DNA of 64,000 bases from Litoreibacter sp. (GTDB lineage Bacteria > Pseudomonadota > Alphaproteobacteria > Rhodobacterales > Rhodobacteraceae), in NCBI GenBank assembly GCA_026710325.1, contig JAPORH010000130.1, positions 177 through 64,176 of the forward strand. The letters run 5' to 3'. Positions within the stretch are counted from its first letter, which is position 1; the number at the start of each line of letters is the position of its first letter. Shown one piece after another: positions 31,075 to 41,481 of this stretch. The notes beneath the pieces were generated by a model. It did not search any database and was not told where the DNA came from. It saw only the letters and a list, made by a program, of their open reading frames with translations. The translations under genes were made by a program, and so were the position numbers.

Positions 31075-31731
31075 ATGAGCAATACCGACAGCTTTATTGA
31101 AGAGGTCTCCGAAGAGGTCCGCCGCGACCGTCTATACGCCGCGCTAAAGCGCTGGGGCTGGGTCGGCGTTGTTGTCGTATTGCTCGCTGTTGGCGGGGCG
31201 AGCTTCAACGAATGGCGCAAGGCACAAGCACGCGCCGAGGCGCAGGCATTTGGCGATAGCCTTTTGGCCGCCCTCGACACACAAGACATGGAAGCCGCTG
31301 CAGACGCTGCGCTTGCGATCGAAACGGCCCAGCCCGGGCAGGAAGCAGTTGCAAAACACCTGGCCGCAGCCGCAGCTTTGGCCAGCGAGCAAACGTCAGA
31401 AGCTCTGGACGCTTTGCGTGCCGTCGAAGCCAACCCGCAGGTTTCGCCGATTTATCGCGACCTTGCGGCCTTCAAGGCCGCGCTCGCCGCTCCGCAGGAC
31501 ACACCTGCGGAAGAACGCATCGCCGCCTTTGACGCCATAACCGGGCCGTTTCGTGCGCTGGCGCAGGAGCAAAAAGCGCTTGCTATGATTGGGGCCGGGG
31601 ACTTGGACGGTGCGGTTGAGATTTTGCGCAGCTTGTCGGATTTGGCAGAAGCCACCCCTGGGTTGCGCCGCCGCACCTCTGAATTGATTGTGGCCTTGGG
31701 CGCTGATATCGGCGATAGTGACGCGCAATAA
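31075..31731 (+). CDS. YfgM-like TPR membrane protein
   Basis: MSNTDSFIEEVSEEVRRD, single TM, helical repeats; upstream of bamB-der. Confidence 0.8.
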   Translation: MSNTDSFIEEVSEEVRRDRLYAALKRWGWVGVVVVLLAVGGASFNEWRKAQARAEAQAFGDSLLAALDTQDMEAAADAALAIETAQPGQEAVAKHLAAAAALASEQTSEALDALRAVEANPQVSPIYRDLAAFKAALAAPQDTPAEERIAAFDAITGPFRALAQEQKALAMIGAGDLDGAVEILRSLSDLAEATPGLRRRTSELIVALGADIGDSDAQ

Positions 31732-31807
31732 GGCGCGTCTGGGGCTAGGCTCCACGTATCGCGCGCCAGAGCCGGGTCACCGGCCACGGGAAGAGGGGGC
31801 CGAGAGC

Positions 31808-33115
31808 TTGCATATTCTGGTCAAAACACTTGTCGGCGCGTCGCTTCTTGCGCTTTCAGCTTGTGGTGAACGGGAGCTTGTTCTGGATGGGGAACGGTTC
31901 GATGTTCGCCAAACGGCGCCACCGTCATCTGCGACTGAGCTCGCAACCCGCGCGTTTGTGGCACCTGCGCCGGTGAACTATTCGTCCTGGACGCACCGGG
32001 GCGGGGATGCATCGCGCAACGTGACCCACCCGGCTTTGGCCACCTCGCTCACTCAAGTCTTCTCTGTCGATATCGGGGCAGGCAATGGGCGCAAGCAGCG
32101 GCTCACAGCGGATCCGGTTGTCGGGAACGCGCGCATTTTCACCTTGGATTCCGCCTCACGCGTCGCGGCAACAAGCACCTCTGGTAGCGCGATTTGGTCC
32201 AAGGACCTGATCCCTGCCTCCGATAAAGACCGTGATGCGTCTGGCGGCGGTTTGGCCCTTGGACCAGATGCCGTATATGCCACCACCGGCTTTGGCGAGC
32301 TCTTCTCACTCGATCCCGAAACAGGTGCCACCATGTGGCGACAGAAGTTGGAGGCCCCTGTGACCTCCGCGCCGACCTATTCAGATGGCTTGGTTTACGT
32401 TGTCACCCGCGACAGCCGGGCATGGGCGATAGACGCTGCGAACGGACGCATCCGTTGGCAGCTTACCGGCGCGCCGAGCGAAGCAACGCTGATTGGCGGC
32501 TCCGGGCCGTTGGTCGCAGGGCGCGTGGCGATTGTGCCTTTCGGCTCCGGCGAGTTGGTGGCCGCTTTGAAACGATCGGGTCTGCGAGTCTGGGGCTCTG
32601 CGGTGGCGGGGCAACGCCGCGGACGGGCCTATGCCAATATCTTCGACATCACCGGCGATCCTGTCTTTTATGATGGCACTGTCTATGCTGCCAATGCGGG
32701 CGGCCGAGTGGTCGCGATCTCCCCGGCCTCCGGGCAACGTATCTGGAGCGCCAATGAGGGCGCATATTCCCCGCCTTTGCCGGTTGGCGACAGCCTCTTC
32801 ATGATCTCCGAGCAGGGGCAGCTTCTACGGCTTGATCGCGAAACAGGCGAACGTATCTGGGCGGAACGGCTCCCCTATTTCGAGAACCGCAAAGTGCGGC
32901 GTCGTCAGGCTGTCTATGCGCATTTCGGACCTGTTCTGGCGGGCGGGCGCCTTTTGGTCGCCTCCAATGACGGGCTGATCCGCAGCTATGATCCGGCCGA
33001 TGGGACATTGCTCGGTACGACGCCTTTGCGCGGCGGCGCTGCTTCAAACCCGGTGATCGTGGATGGCACGCTCTATATCGTCACGGAGAATGGGCAACTC
33101 ACCGCTTTCCGTTGA
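31808..33115 (+). CDS. PQQ-type beta-propeller lipoprotein (BamB-like)
   Basis: Lipobox LSAC; repeated W-ending propeller blades; yfgM-bamB-der order; TTG 31808 start chosen. Confidence 0.8.
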   Translation: MHILVKTLVGASLLALSACGERELVLDGERFDVRQTAPPSSATELATRAFVAPAPVNYSSWTHRGGDASRNVTHPALATSLTQVFSVDIGAGNGRKQRLTADPVVGNARIFTLDSASRVAATSTSGSAIWSKDLIPASDKDRDASGGGLALGPDAVYATTGFGELFSLDPETGATMWRQKLEAPVTSAPTYSDGLVYVVTRDSRAWAIDAANGRIRWQLTGAPSEATLIGGSGPLVAGRVAIVPFGSGELVAALKRSGLRVWGSAVAGQRRGRAYANIFDITGDPVFYDGTVYAANAGGRVVAISPASGQRIWSANEGAYSPPLPVGDSLFMISEQGQLLRLDRETGERIWAERLPYFENRKVRRRQAVYAHFGPVLAGGRLLVASNDGLIRSYDPADGTLLGTTPLRGGAASNPVIVDGTLYIVTENGQLTAFR

Positions 33116-33162
33116 GCTGATTTGCCTGTAACAGGCGTGGCTTATTCGATGAAGTGAGTCCT

Positions 33163-34623
33163 ATGTCCTTTACCCTCGCAATTGTTGGGCGGCCCAATGT
33201 TGGCAAATCGACCCTGTTCAACCGGCTGGTTGGCAAGCGGCTTGCGCTGGTTGATGATCAGCCCGGGGTAACCCGTGACCTGCGCGAGGGCGCGGCACGG
33301 CTAGGCGATCTGAAATTCACAGTGATCGACACGGCTGGCCTTGAGATGGCCACGGATGAAAGCTTGCAGGGCCGCATGCGGATGCTCACCGAACGCGCGG
33401 TCGATATGGCCGATGCCTGCTTGTTCCTGGTCGACGCGCGGGACGGGGTACTGCCAGCCGACGAGATCTTTGCCGACATCCTGCGCAAACGGAACGCCAA
33501 TGTAATCCTTGGCGCCAATAAGGCGGAAGGCAAAGCGGGGGAGGCTGGGATGATGGAGGCCTACGCGCTTGGCCTTGGCACGCCTTTGGGCCTGTCCGCC
33601 GAACATGGCGAAGGGATGGCCGATCTGGCACAGGCTTTGCGGCCCTTGGTGGAAGCGGCCGCGGAGGAGGTTTCTCGCACCGAGCCAGAGGTTGAGGTTT
33701 CGGTCGAGGAGGGTAGCGAAGACGAGGATGCTTATGTTGCGCCGAGCACGTCCAAACCGCTGCAAATCGCGGTGGTGGGGCGCCCCAATGCGGGCAAATC
33801 GACACTCATCAACAAGATCATCGGCGAAGACCGCTTGCTGACCGGCCCCGAGGCCGGGATCACCCGCGACGCGATTTCCGTCATGACCGATTGGGGCGGC
33901 GTGCCGACGCGCATCTTTGACACGGCGGGCATGCGCAAAAAGGCCAAGGTGCAGGACAAGATCGAGAGGCTTTCGGTCTCCGACGGGTTGCGTGCGGTGA
34001 AATTTGCCGAAGTCGTGGTGGTGCTTCTCGACGCAGATATTCCGTTCGAGCAGCAGGACCTGCGCATTGCTGATTTGGCGGAGCGGGAGGGTCGCGCGGT
34101 GGTGGTGGCCGTGAACAAATGGGATCTGGAAGAGGCCAAGCAGGAGAAACTGCGCGACCTGAAAGAGCAATTTACCCGTCTGCTGCCGCAGCTCAAAGGC
34201 GCGCCGCTGATCACCGTCTCGGCCTTGACCGGTCGCGGCTTGGAGCGGCTGCGGGAGGCGATTTTGGAGGCGCATGAGGTTTGGAACCGCCGGGTGCCAA
34301 CGTCTCAGCTGAACCGCTGGCTCGTGGGCATGCTGGAACAACACCCGCCGCCCGCGCCCCAAGGCAAACGCATCAAGCTCCGCTACATGACCCAGGCCAA
34401 ATCGCGCCCGCCCGGCTTCGTCGTCATGTGCTCCCACCCCGACCTGCTGCCCGCCAGCTACACCCGCTATCTGGTCAACGGCCTACGCGAAGATTTCGAC
34501 ATGCCCGGCACGCCGATCCGGATGTTCATGCGGTCACAGGCCGAGGCGAACCCGTATAAGGGGCGCAAAAAGGCCGGACCATCGAAGCTGCGCAAGCATT
34601 TGGATGGGAAGAAGGCGGATTGA
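33163..34623 (+). CDS. der: Ribosome biogenesis GTPase Der (EngA)
   Basis: Two G-domains ([13 protein letters not shown]; [17 protein letters not shown]) and a KH-like C-terminus. Confidence 0.98.
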   Translation: MSFTLAIVGRPNVGKSTLFNRLVGKRLALVDDQPGVTRDLREGAARLGDLKFTVIDTAGLEMATDESLQGRMRMLTERAVDMADACLFLVDARDGVLPADEIFADILRKRNANVILGANKAEGKAGEAGMMEAYALGLGTPLGLSAEHGEGMADLAQALRPLVEAAAEEVSRTEPEVEVSVEEGSEDEDAYVAPSTSKPLQIAVVGRPNAGKSTLINKIIGEDRLLTGPEAGITRDAISVMTDWGGVPTRIFDTAGMRKKAKVQDKIERLSVSDGLRAVKFAEVVVVLLDADIPFEQQDLRIADLAEREGRAVVVAVNKWDLEEAKQEKLRDLKEQFTRLLPQLKGAPLITVSALTGRGLERLREAILEAHEVWNRRVPTSQLNRWLVGMLEQHPPPAPQGKRIKLRYMTQAKSRPPGFVVMCSHPDLLPASYTRYLVNGLREDFDMPGTPIRMFMRSQAEANPYKGRKKAGPSKLRKHLDGKKAD

Positions 34624-34636
34624 GGTTTTGAGTGCC

Positions 34637-34842
34637 GGGCATTGCCAGACCGCGGGATGGCGATAAGAAGGTTTTTCTGGCAGTGCTTTATGTCTGCCAA
34701 ACACATCTTCCATGAGATCGGCTCGCCCAGCCTACCATTTCGCCAGCCCTGTCGGGCGGTGTCGTCCATTGGGCCTCGGACCAATGGCGCCCCAACGAAC
34801 GACCGATGCCCGGGACCTGCTGCGCAGGCCTATTAACCGGGC
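34637..34842 (+). repeat. Left arm of long imperfect inverted repeat
   Basis: GGGCATTGCCAGACCGCGGGATGGCGAT...CATCTTCC...TCGCCAGCCCT...GGGCGGT...CGATGCCCGGG...GGCCTATTAACCGGGC matches the reverse complement of 35425-35584; carries an extra ~40-bp segment with a CCATTGG/CCAATGG hairpin. Confidence 0.85.
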
Positions 34843-34890
34843 TGGCTTGGCGATGAATGAAAGCTTTGGGCCCAAAGTGACCGCCGAGTT

Positions 34891-35379
34891 TTAATCAATG
34901 ACACGTAATTCTACTTGAGCCCCATCGGGCAAGTCTTTGATAGCCAATGCCCAGTCCCCGGAATGCCCGATCAATTCTTCTAGTGGGACGGAACGTATGT
35001 TGGCCTCATCATAGTGACCACCGAAAGTGGCCGGAACGACGAGGTAGAATGTCCAGCCCTTCTTCAGATTACCCAGATGCTTGCGAGCAAGTTGAACCAG
35101 ATTGGTCATATTCCAATCCGTCTGAAATTCTTCACTTTCAACGAGTTGAAGGTAGTCTGACCGGTTCTCAGCCACGATTTCGCAAGTCAATTCTTCAGGG
35201 CAAATTCGCCAGTAGGCCCAATCTTCGCCTAAAACTATTAAGTTGCCAAATTCGTTGCGCTCAACGATTTCTATGCCCTTTAGGCCCGTCCAGCCCCAAT
35301 GCTTGTTAATTTTGCCCAATACGTCCAAATCGACAATCATCTCATCCGTCTTGCTATTAACATCGCGGAGATCGCACAT
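34891..35379 (-). CDS. DUF1851 / T6SS immunity Tdi1-like protein
   Basis: NEFGNLIV, YWRICPEEL, P.TFGGHYD..NI, GDWALAIKDLPDGAQVEL pattern; hand count about 48-49% GC; start could be ATG 35340. Confidence 0.7.
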   Translation of the reverse strand: MCDLRDVNSKTDEMIVDLDVLGKINKHWGWTGLKGIEIVERNEFGNLIVLGEDWAYWRICPEELTCEIVAENRSDYLQLVESEEFQTDWNMTNLVQLARKHLGNLKKGWTFYLVVPATFGGHYDEANIRSVPLEELIGHSGDWALAIKDLPDGAQVELRVID

Positions 35380-35424
35380 GTTCTCAAGATCCGCTTAGTC
35401 CGCAGAGCGGCTTTTTCTTCTTTG

Positions 35425-35584
35425 GCCCGATTAACAGGCCGAAGGCCCCGGGCATCGCCAGACCGCCCCAGAGGGCTGGCGATATGGTGAGGCCGGGCGC
35501 GCCGCAAATTTGGAAGATGTCCTTGCTTCCATAAAAGGCTGTCGAAACACCGCCAGATCGCCATCCCGCGGTCTGGCGGTGCCC
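35425..35584 (-). repeat. Right arm of long imperfect inverted repeat
   Basis: Reverse complement begins GGGCACCGCCAGACCGCGGGATGGCGATCTGGCGGTG (10-bp stem CACCGCCAGA/TCTGGCGGTG) and aligns with the left arm. Confidence 0.85.
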
Positions 35585-35601
35585 TCACAGACAAGAGGTT
35601 A

Positions 35602-37104
35602 CTAAAACCCTTCAGCCGCTCCGCCATCGTCATTCTGCCAGGGCTTCACAAGGTTGCCGAAGCGGGTGAAGCGGCCCTCGAAGCTGAGCTCGACCGTGCC
35701 GATGGGGCCGTGGCGTTGTTTGCCGATGACGACCTCGGCTTTGCCGTGCAGGCGCTCCATTTCTTCTTGCCAGATGGCCATTTTCTCCAGGTCGTGATCG
35801 CCTGGTTTTTCGCGTTCTTTGTAGTATTCCTCGCGGTAGACGAACATCACCACATCGGCGTCTTGCTCGATCGAGCCGGATTCGCGCAGGTCTGAGAGCT
35901 GCGGGCGTTTGTCTTCGCGGTTTTCAACCTGACGCGACAGCTGGGAGAGGGCGATCACGGGAATGTCGAGCTCTTTGGCGATGGCTTTGAGGCCTTGGGT
36001 AATCTCGGAGACCTCGTTGACGCGGCTGTCTTTGGCCGTCGCGGGGCGGACGAGCTGGAGGTAGTCCACGATCAGCACATCGAGCCCATGGGTGCGCTTG
36101 AGCCGCCGCGCGCGGGCGGCAAGTTGGCTGATCGGTAGGGCAGGCGTATCGTCGATATAAAGCGGGCAGGTTTCCAGCGCCTTGGCGGCCTCGACGAAAC
36201 GGCGGAACTCGACCTCGGTCATGTCGCCTTTGCGGATCTGCTCAGACGGGACCTCGGCGGCCTCGGACAGCACACGCGCGGCGAGCTGTTCGGCGCTCAT
36301 CTCCAGCGAGAAGAAACCGACCGCGCCGCCTTCGACTGCGCCTTCCGTGCCTTCTGGCGTCATGCCCTTCTTGTAGGCCTTGGCAATGTTGAAGGCGATG
36401 TTGGTGGCCAGCGAGGTTTTCCCCATGGACGGGCGACCAGCGAGGATCAGAAGATCGGACCGGTGCAGCCCACCGAGCTTTTTGTCCATGTCGATAAGCC
36501 CGGTGGAGATGCCCGCCATCCCGCCATCGCGCATGTAGGCGGCGTTGGCGACCTGGACGGCTTCTGTCACGGCTTTCAGGAAGCTTTGGAACCCGCTTTC
36601 AGATTTGCCTTCTTCGCCGAGCTTATAGAGGCGCTGCTCCGCATCGACGATCTGGCTTTTTGGGTCGCTTTCCGTGTCGACGGTTTGGGCGCGGGCTGCG
36701 ATCTCTTCGCCAAGGCCGATCAGCTCGCGCCGGATCGCGAGGTCATAGACCATCTGCGCATAGTCCCGCGCGGCGAAGGAGGAAATGGACGCGCCCTGCA
36801 GGCGTACGAGATAGGCCGGGCCGCCGAGCTCTTTCAGCCCTTCATCTTCCTCGAAATAAGGTTTGAGCGTGACGGGGGAGACGAGCAGGTTCTTGTGGAT
36901 GCGCGCGGCGGCGGTCTCGAAGATGCGGCGGTGGACGGGATCGAAGAAATGCTCAGGTGAGACGATAGAAGCGACCCGGTCCATGATGTCATTGTTGGTG
37001 AGGATTGCGCCCAAGAGCTGCTGCTCGGCCTCGATATTGTGCGGCAGGGCGGTCATTTCCTCCGCCTTTGCTGCCTCGGCCTGCATATTGCTCATGTCGT
37101 TCAT
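35602..37104 (-). CDS. dnaB: Replicative DNA helicase
   Basis: PHNIEAEQ, AGRPSMGKT, FFSLEMS, VDYLQL, LSQLSR, DLRESGSIEQDAD; no intein. Confidence 0.98.
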   Translation of the reverse strand: MNDMSNMQAEAAKAEEMTALPHNIEAEQQLLGAILTNNDIMDRVASIVSPEHFFDPVHRRIFETAAARIHKNLLVSPVTLKPYFEEDEGLKELGGPAYLVRLQGASISSFAARDYAQMVYDLAIRRELIGLGEEIAARAQTVDTESDPKSQIVDAEQRLYKLGEEGKSESGFQSFLKAVTEAVQVANAAYMRDGGMAGISTGLIDMDKKLGGLHRSDLLILAGRPSMGKTSLATNIAFNIAKAYKKGMTPEGTEGAVEGGAVGFFSLEMSAEQLAARVLSEAAEVPSEQIRKGDMTEVEFRRFVEAAKALETCPLYIDDTPALPISQLAARARRLKRTHGLDVLIVDYLQLVRPATAKDSRVNEVSEITQGLKAIAKELDIPVIALSQLSRQVENREDKRPQLSDLRESGSIEQDADVVMFVYREEYYKEREKPGDHDLEKMAIWQEEMERLHGKAEVVIGKQRHGPIGTVELSFEGRFTRFGNLVKPWQNDDGGAAEGF

Positions 37105-37171
37105 TTGCTGCTCCCCCGTTTGATTTTTATGTCCCCGACACGGGTGTGTCCGATGTCAGCTATCCGATCAA

Positions 37172-37191
37172 TCTGGATAAGCTGTGGACCA
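37172..37191. promoter_or_regulatory. Possible DnaA boxes upstream of dnaB
   Basis: TCTGGATAA (1 mismatch to TGTGGATAA) and TGTGGACCA (2 mismatches), 2 bp apart. Confidence 0.3.
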
Positions 37192-37378
37192 TTTGGGGAC
37201 TTATTTTCGGGCCGTGATTTTCCGCTATCTTGCGCCGAAGAGAGGATAAAGGTCAAGATTTGGTGTCGGGAAGGGCATGGCCGCAATAATATTTATTTTT
37301 TCCCGGAAGGGTTGTTTGAGGTGCCGAATTGAGCACCGTACGACTTTTGGCGAGTCGCCACTCCAGCATTACGAATCG

Positions 37379-38068
37379 TCAGCTGGGGTTGGCGTCCTGC
37401 CACGCTTTTTGCCATGCGCGCGGGGCTTTGAGGAATTTTTCAACCTCGGCCAAGGTTTCAGCATCAAAACTCTGCTGCTCTTTGGCGACGGCCAGCACAT
37501 CCCACCAGGTGCATAGGTGATGGAGGGTGACGCCATGATCGCCGAGTTTTTGGATCGTCTCAGCGAAAATGTCATAATAAAAAATGACAGCGGTATGCGC
37601 GCAGGTGGCACCGGTGTCGCGGATGGCGTCCACGAAAGACAGCTTGGAGCCGCCATCGGTGGTCATGTCCTCGACCAGCAGCGCGTTCTGGCCTTCCGTC
37701 ATCTCGCCTTCGATGCGCGCGTTGCGGCCGTAGCCTTTGGGCTTTTTGCGCACATAGGTCATGGGCAACCCCATACGCTCAGCGACAAGCGCTGCAAATG
37801 GGATACCTGCCGTTTCCCCGCCTGCGATATTGTCGAAGGCCTCGAAGCCCGCATTGCGCATCACAGTGATCGTGAGGAAGTCCATTAGGGTCGAGCGGAT
37901 GCGCGGGTGGGAGATCAGTTTGCGGCAGTCGATATAGCTGGGCGAGGGCAGGCCGGAGGCCAGAATGAAGGGCTCACGCGTATTGAAATTGACCGCCTTG
38001 ATCTCCAGCAGCATGGCCGCGCTCAGCCGGGCGATTTCGTCTTTGCTGGGGTAGCTTGAGGGGATCAT
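37379..38068 (-). CDS. pyrE: Orotate phosphoribosyltransferase
   Basis: [44 protein letters not shown]; next to pyrC. Confidence 0.93.
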   Translation of the reverse strand: MIPSSYPSKDEIARLSAAMLLEIKAVNFNTREPFILASGLPSPSYIDCRKLISHPRIRSTLMDFLTITVMRNAGFEAFDNIAGGETAGIPFAALVAERMGLPMTYVRKKPKGYGRNARIEGEMTEGQNALLVEDMTTDGGSKLSFVDAIRDTGATCAHTAVIFYYDIFAETIQKLGDHGVTLHHLCTWWDVLAVAKEQQSFDAETLAEVEKFLKAPRAWQKAWQDANPS

Positions 38069-38131
38069 CTGGTCGTCTTTCTTGCGAGTTACGGGAGCCT
38101 TCGGCGAGGATATTTTTGAAGCAATGAAGCC

Positions 38132-39163
38132 TTATGTGACGCGCCAATGCAGCGGCATTTGCGGATCGAACACGGTGACGGGGCCTGCGCCGGTTTGGAT
38201 TTTGTCAGGGTAGGCTACCGGGTCGCCCTTTGTCAGCGTGATTGTGTCCTCGTTGGCGGGCAGGCCGTAGAATGCGGGGCCATTTAGCGAGGCAAAGCCT
38301 TCGAGCTTATCGAGCGCGCCGTCTTGCTCGAACACCTCCGCCAGGATCGACATCGTATTGGACGCGGTGAAGCAGCCTGCGCAGCCGCAGGCGTTTTCCT
38401 TCAGGTCATCGGTATGCGGCGCACTGTCGGTGCCGAGGAAGAACGTCGGATCGCCAGAGGTGGCCGCTTTGCGCAGGGCGAGGCGGTGTTCCTCCCGTTT
38501 GGCGACGGGCAGGCAGTAGTAATGCGGCTTGATCCCGCCCACGAGCAGGTGGTTGCGGTTGATCACCAGGTGATGTGTTGTGATAGTTGCGCCCGTGTTG
38601 TCATGAGCTGCGGCATAGTCGGCGCCGTCCTTCGTGGTGATATGCTCCATAATCACTTTGAGCTCGGGCAGCCGTTTGCGGATTGGGTTCAACACACGGT
38701 CAATGAACACGGCTTCACGGTCGAAAATGTCGATATCCGCGTCTGTCACTTCTCCATGCACGCAAAGCGGCAGTCCGATTTGAGCCATCGTTTCTAGTTG
38801 GCGCATGACATTGGCGAAATTTTTGACACCAGACGCGGAGTTGGTCGTGGCACCGGCTGGGTAGAGTTTCACGGCTGTCACTAGGCCTATCTCATGTGCC
38901 GCGCGCAGGTCTTTGACCTCCGTTTCCTCGGTCAGGTACAGGGTCATCAGCGGCTTGAAGTCGGAATTGTCAGGCTTAGCTGCCATGATCCGGTCGTGAT
39001 ATTCCGCAGCATCTCGCGCTGTGACCACTGGAGGCACCAGATTTGGCATGATGATCGCGCGGGCGAAGTGGCGCGCGGTTTCGGGCAGAATACCTTTAAG
39101 CATCTCGCCGTCGCGCAAGTGCAGATGCCAGTCATCGGGGCGGCGAATGGTGAGAGTGGTCAT
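38132..39163 (-). CDS. pyrC: Dihydroorotase
   Basis: [36 protein letters not shown]. Confidence 0.97.
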   Translation of the reverse strand: MTTLTIRRPDDWHLHLRDGEMLKGILPETARHFARAIIMPNLVPPVVTARDAAEYHDRIMAAKPDNSDFKPLMTLYLTEETEVKDLRAAHEIGLVTAVKLYPAGATTNSASGVKNFANVMRQLETMAQIGLPLCVHGEVTDADIDIFDREAVFIDRVLNPIRKRLPELKVIMEHITTKDGADYAAAHDNTGATITTHHLVINRNHLLVGGIKPHYYCLPVAKREEHRLALRKAATSGDPTFFLGTDSAPHTDDLKENACGCAGCFTASNTMSILAEVFEQDGALDKLEGFASLNGPAFYGLPANEDTITLTKGDPVAYPDKIQTGAGPVTVFDPQMPLHWRVT

Positions 39164-39324
39164 TGGCGCGGTCCCCCTACATGCTGCGTTGCGCGAGGCT
39201 TAGCCAAATTCTGGCGCGGGGACCAGAGGCAGGATCGGCGATCACGTGCTGATTTTTGAAAAACGGGTTGGGCTAAGTGGGCACGCGCGCCTAGACTGAC
39301 ACATAAAGAGAGTGGGGTTTGATT

Positions 39325-39621
39325 ATGAGATATCTGTTTTTGCTTGTTCTGCCATGCGGTTTGGGCGCGTGTGCTCAACCCGCAGTCGCTGTGAAAACCG
39401 TCAATGAGTCGAGCATGAGAGCTGTGGCCAGTTGCGAGAAGCTTGGACGGGTCGCAGGCATTCCGGGCGTTTACGGCCCCTTCGCGGCGCTTGGCCTGAA
39501 AGACGCGCGCAATGCCGCGAAGCGTGCAGCGCTGGAGCAGGGCGCGACTGATATCGTGTTCGATCCGGTGGCCCCCGATGAGGAGCAATACCGAGTCACA
39601 GGCACGGCCTATCGCTGTTAA
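39325..39621 (+). CDS. Small lipoprotein (DUF4156-like)
   Basis: Lipobox LGAC; CEKLG...ARNAAKRAALEQGA...GTAYRC. Confidence 0.6.
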   Translation: MRYLFLLVLPCGLGACAQPAVAVKTVNESSMRAVASCEKLGRVAGIPGVYGPFAALGLKDARNAAKRAALEQGATDIVFDPVAPDEEQYRVTGTAYRC

Positions 39622-41477
39622 CCCGTGCTCAGCAGCCTGCGGCGTTTGATAAAAGCCTCGCCGAAGCGTTTGGCTTGAGCGGGCTTTCCTCGCGCGGTCA
39701 GATGACCTTCCATTGTTTGACGGTAGAGATAGACGTCTTTGCGCGCGCGGAGCATTTTGTAGAAGCCAGCAGGCGTAAGCGTGCCCGCGATGCCGTCCTC
39801 CATGACGCCTTTGAGCCGCCCCATCCTGTTGAGGACAAGCGCTGATTTATGGCCAAGCCCGATGCCCTTGAGATGGATGAGGTTGGGGCCGGTGAGTCGG
39901 TCGATATGGGCGCGATCGGCGGCATGGAACGGGTCGTAAATCAGATAAACGCGGGCGGCTGTCGCCACCTCGGCCACGGCGTCTGCATGGGGCAGAGACC
40001 AATCTGCGGCGCGCCCGGCGGCGAAACGCTGCTCCCAAGGCACTTTGCTTACGTCCAGCGTCGTTTGCGGGCTAAAGGCGATGACGGTGCTGCCCGGTGC
40101 GAGGGAGGAGAAAGTTAGTGCCCCGAATGCGCCCATGGACGTGCCGATGAAAGCCACGCTGCGGAAGTCTTTGAAAAACCCGTCTCGTGCTAAATGCTGT
40201 AGCTTCTCGATGAGGCCTGGGTCGCGGAACCAGGTTGGGGCCTGGGCGTAAATGCCCAGATGCGAGAAATTGCGATCTTGGCAGAACTTCTGTGCCCAAG
40301 GCTCACGCGCATAGGCCACATTGCCGGCCTGGCTGAGATTGTCAAAGCTGATGACAAGTTGGTCGCGCTCCCGCTCCACATATGAACAGCTGTAGTCACC
40401 CGATTTATGAAACCACCCGTCTCGCGCGCCTGCCGGGTAGATTTCGGTGTACCAGCTGGGGGGCGCAGTTTCGGCGTCAAGCATCGGTTGCGTCATTGGC
40501 AGGATGTTTTGCGCGGCGTGCCTACGCTGAATGTTGCCAATCGCTTTCATAATTGCTTCAGCCGCCGCGGTGCGATCCTCTAATTGGGCGCTGAGGGGCG
40601 GCTCCGGCTCATCCTCGCAATTTTCAAGGTCAGTGTAGTCAAAGAACGCGGCGTGATCTGGCATATAGCGCTTGATCAGTTTTTGCGTGTCCGGCGCCAT
40701 GCGCTCCATCAACGCTTTGCGTTCCGCTTTGGTAAAGACATCGCGGGAGCGGACGGTTCCGGGGTGGTCGACGGCCATAAGCTCCCGGATAACCTCCCGC
40801 GTGTTGAACTCCGTGTGTTTGGTCATCATCGAGAGCGTCTCAGACATCGCCGCAGAGAAGCTTTTGTTGGCGAAGGCCTTGGTCAGCGACATGCCTTCTA
40901 CGACCTCGAACCCGACCAGCGCGGCAAAATCGAGGATGACGTCCCGGCCTTTCAAATGGTCGGGCGAAAACGGGCGTAAGATGATATTCTCGCGCCCAAA
41001 AGCGCGGCCGTAAGCGTTGATGACATCGAAGTAGCGTAGGAGCCGGGGCGCATCGGCCAGAAAGGCCTGACGGTCCGGAGGGATACGGTTGTTCTTGAGA
41101 TATTGCTTGTAAAGCGCCTCCAGATAGGCGTCGTGGCGGCGGATGTAGCAGATGACCTTGGTGCGCCCGCCTTTCCAACTGTCGGGCACGGCTTGCGTAA
41201 CCTTGTACGCCACATGTGGGTTGAACAGCAGCTCGGAAGAGAGGACATGGTTTTCCTCTGGGCTTTCGTCGGCTTCCGCTGCGATTTGGTCAAAGAGCGA
41301 CAGCTCGCCCATACGGGCGGCGGTGGCGATCTGGTTATGGGCGATATGGCTGCGCCCGGTCTGCATGAAATTTATCCCTGCTTCGTCTCGCAGTTGCTGA
41401 TGGTTTTCGCCCAGAAAGCCCTGCAGCGAGGTGGTGCCCGTTTTGGGCGATCCGATATGCAGCCAAATTTGCCCCAT
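39618..41477 (-). CDS. Fusion: sulfotransferase-like P-loop domain plus alpha/beta-hydrolase-like domain
   Basis: N-terminal WLHIGSPKTGTTSLQ (PAPS-binding-loop-like); C-terminal FIGTSMGAFGAL (GxSxG); start ATG 41477 after GGTAGGA. Confidence 0.7.
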   Translation of the reverse strand: MGQIWLHIGSPKTGTTSLQGFLGENHQQLRDEAGINFMQTGRSHIAHNQIATAARMGELSLFDQIAAEADESPEENHVLSSELLFNPHVAYKVTQAVPDSWKGGRTKVICYIRRHDAYLEALYKQYLKNNRIPPDRQAFLADAPRLLRYFDVINAYGRAFGRENIILRPFSPDHLKGRDVILDFAALVGFEVVEGMSLTKAFANKSFSAAMSETLSMMTKHTEFNTREVIRELMAVDHPGTVRSRDVFTKAERKALMERMAPDTQKLIKRYMPDHAAFFDYTDLENCEDEPEPPLSAQLEDRTAAAEAIMKAIGNIQRRHAAQNILPMTQPMLDAETAPPSWYTEIYPAGARDGWFHKSGDYSCSYVERERDQLVISFDNLSQAGNVAYAREPWAQKFCQDRNFSHLGIYAQAPTWFRDPGLIEKLQHLARDGFFKDFRSVAFIGTSMGAFGALTFSSLAPGSTVIAFSPQTTLDVSKVPWEQRFAAGRAADWSLPHADAVAEVATAARVYLIYDPFHAADRAHIDRLTGPNLIHLKGIGLGHKSALVLNRMGRLKGVMEDGIAGTLTPAGFYKMLRARKDVYLYRQTMEGHLTARGKPAQAKRFGEAFIKRRRLLSTG

Positions 41478-41481
41478 GGTC

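Noticed and set aside
34642-34836. 64-aa ORF and the similar 98-aa ORF at 35337-35633
   Set aside because: Their shared PDRGMAI sequence is explained by the inverted repeat arms; no RBS or protein-like features, so treated as non-coding repeat.
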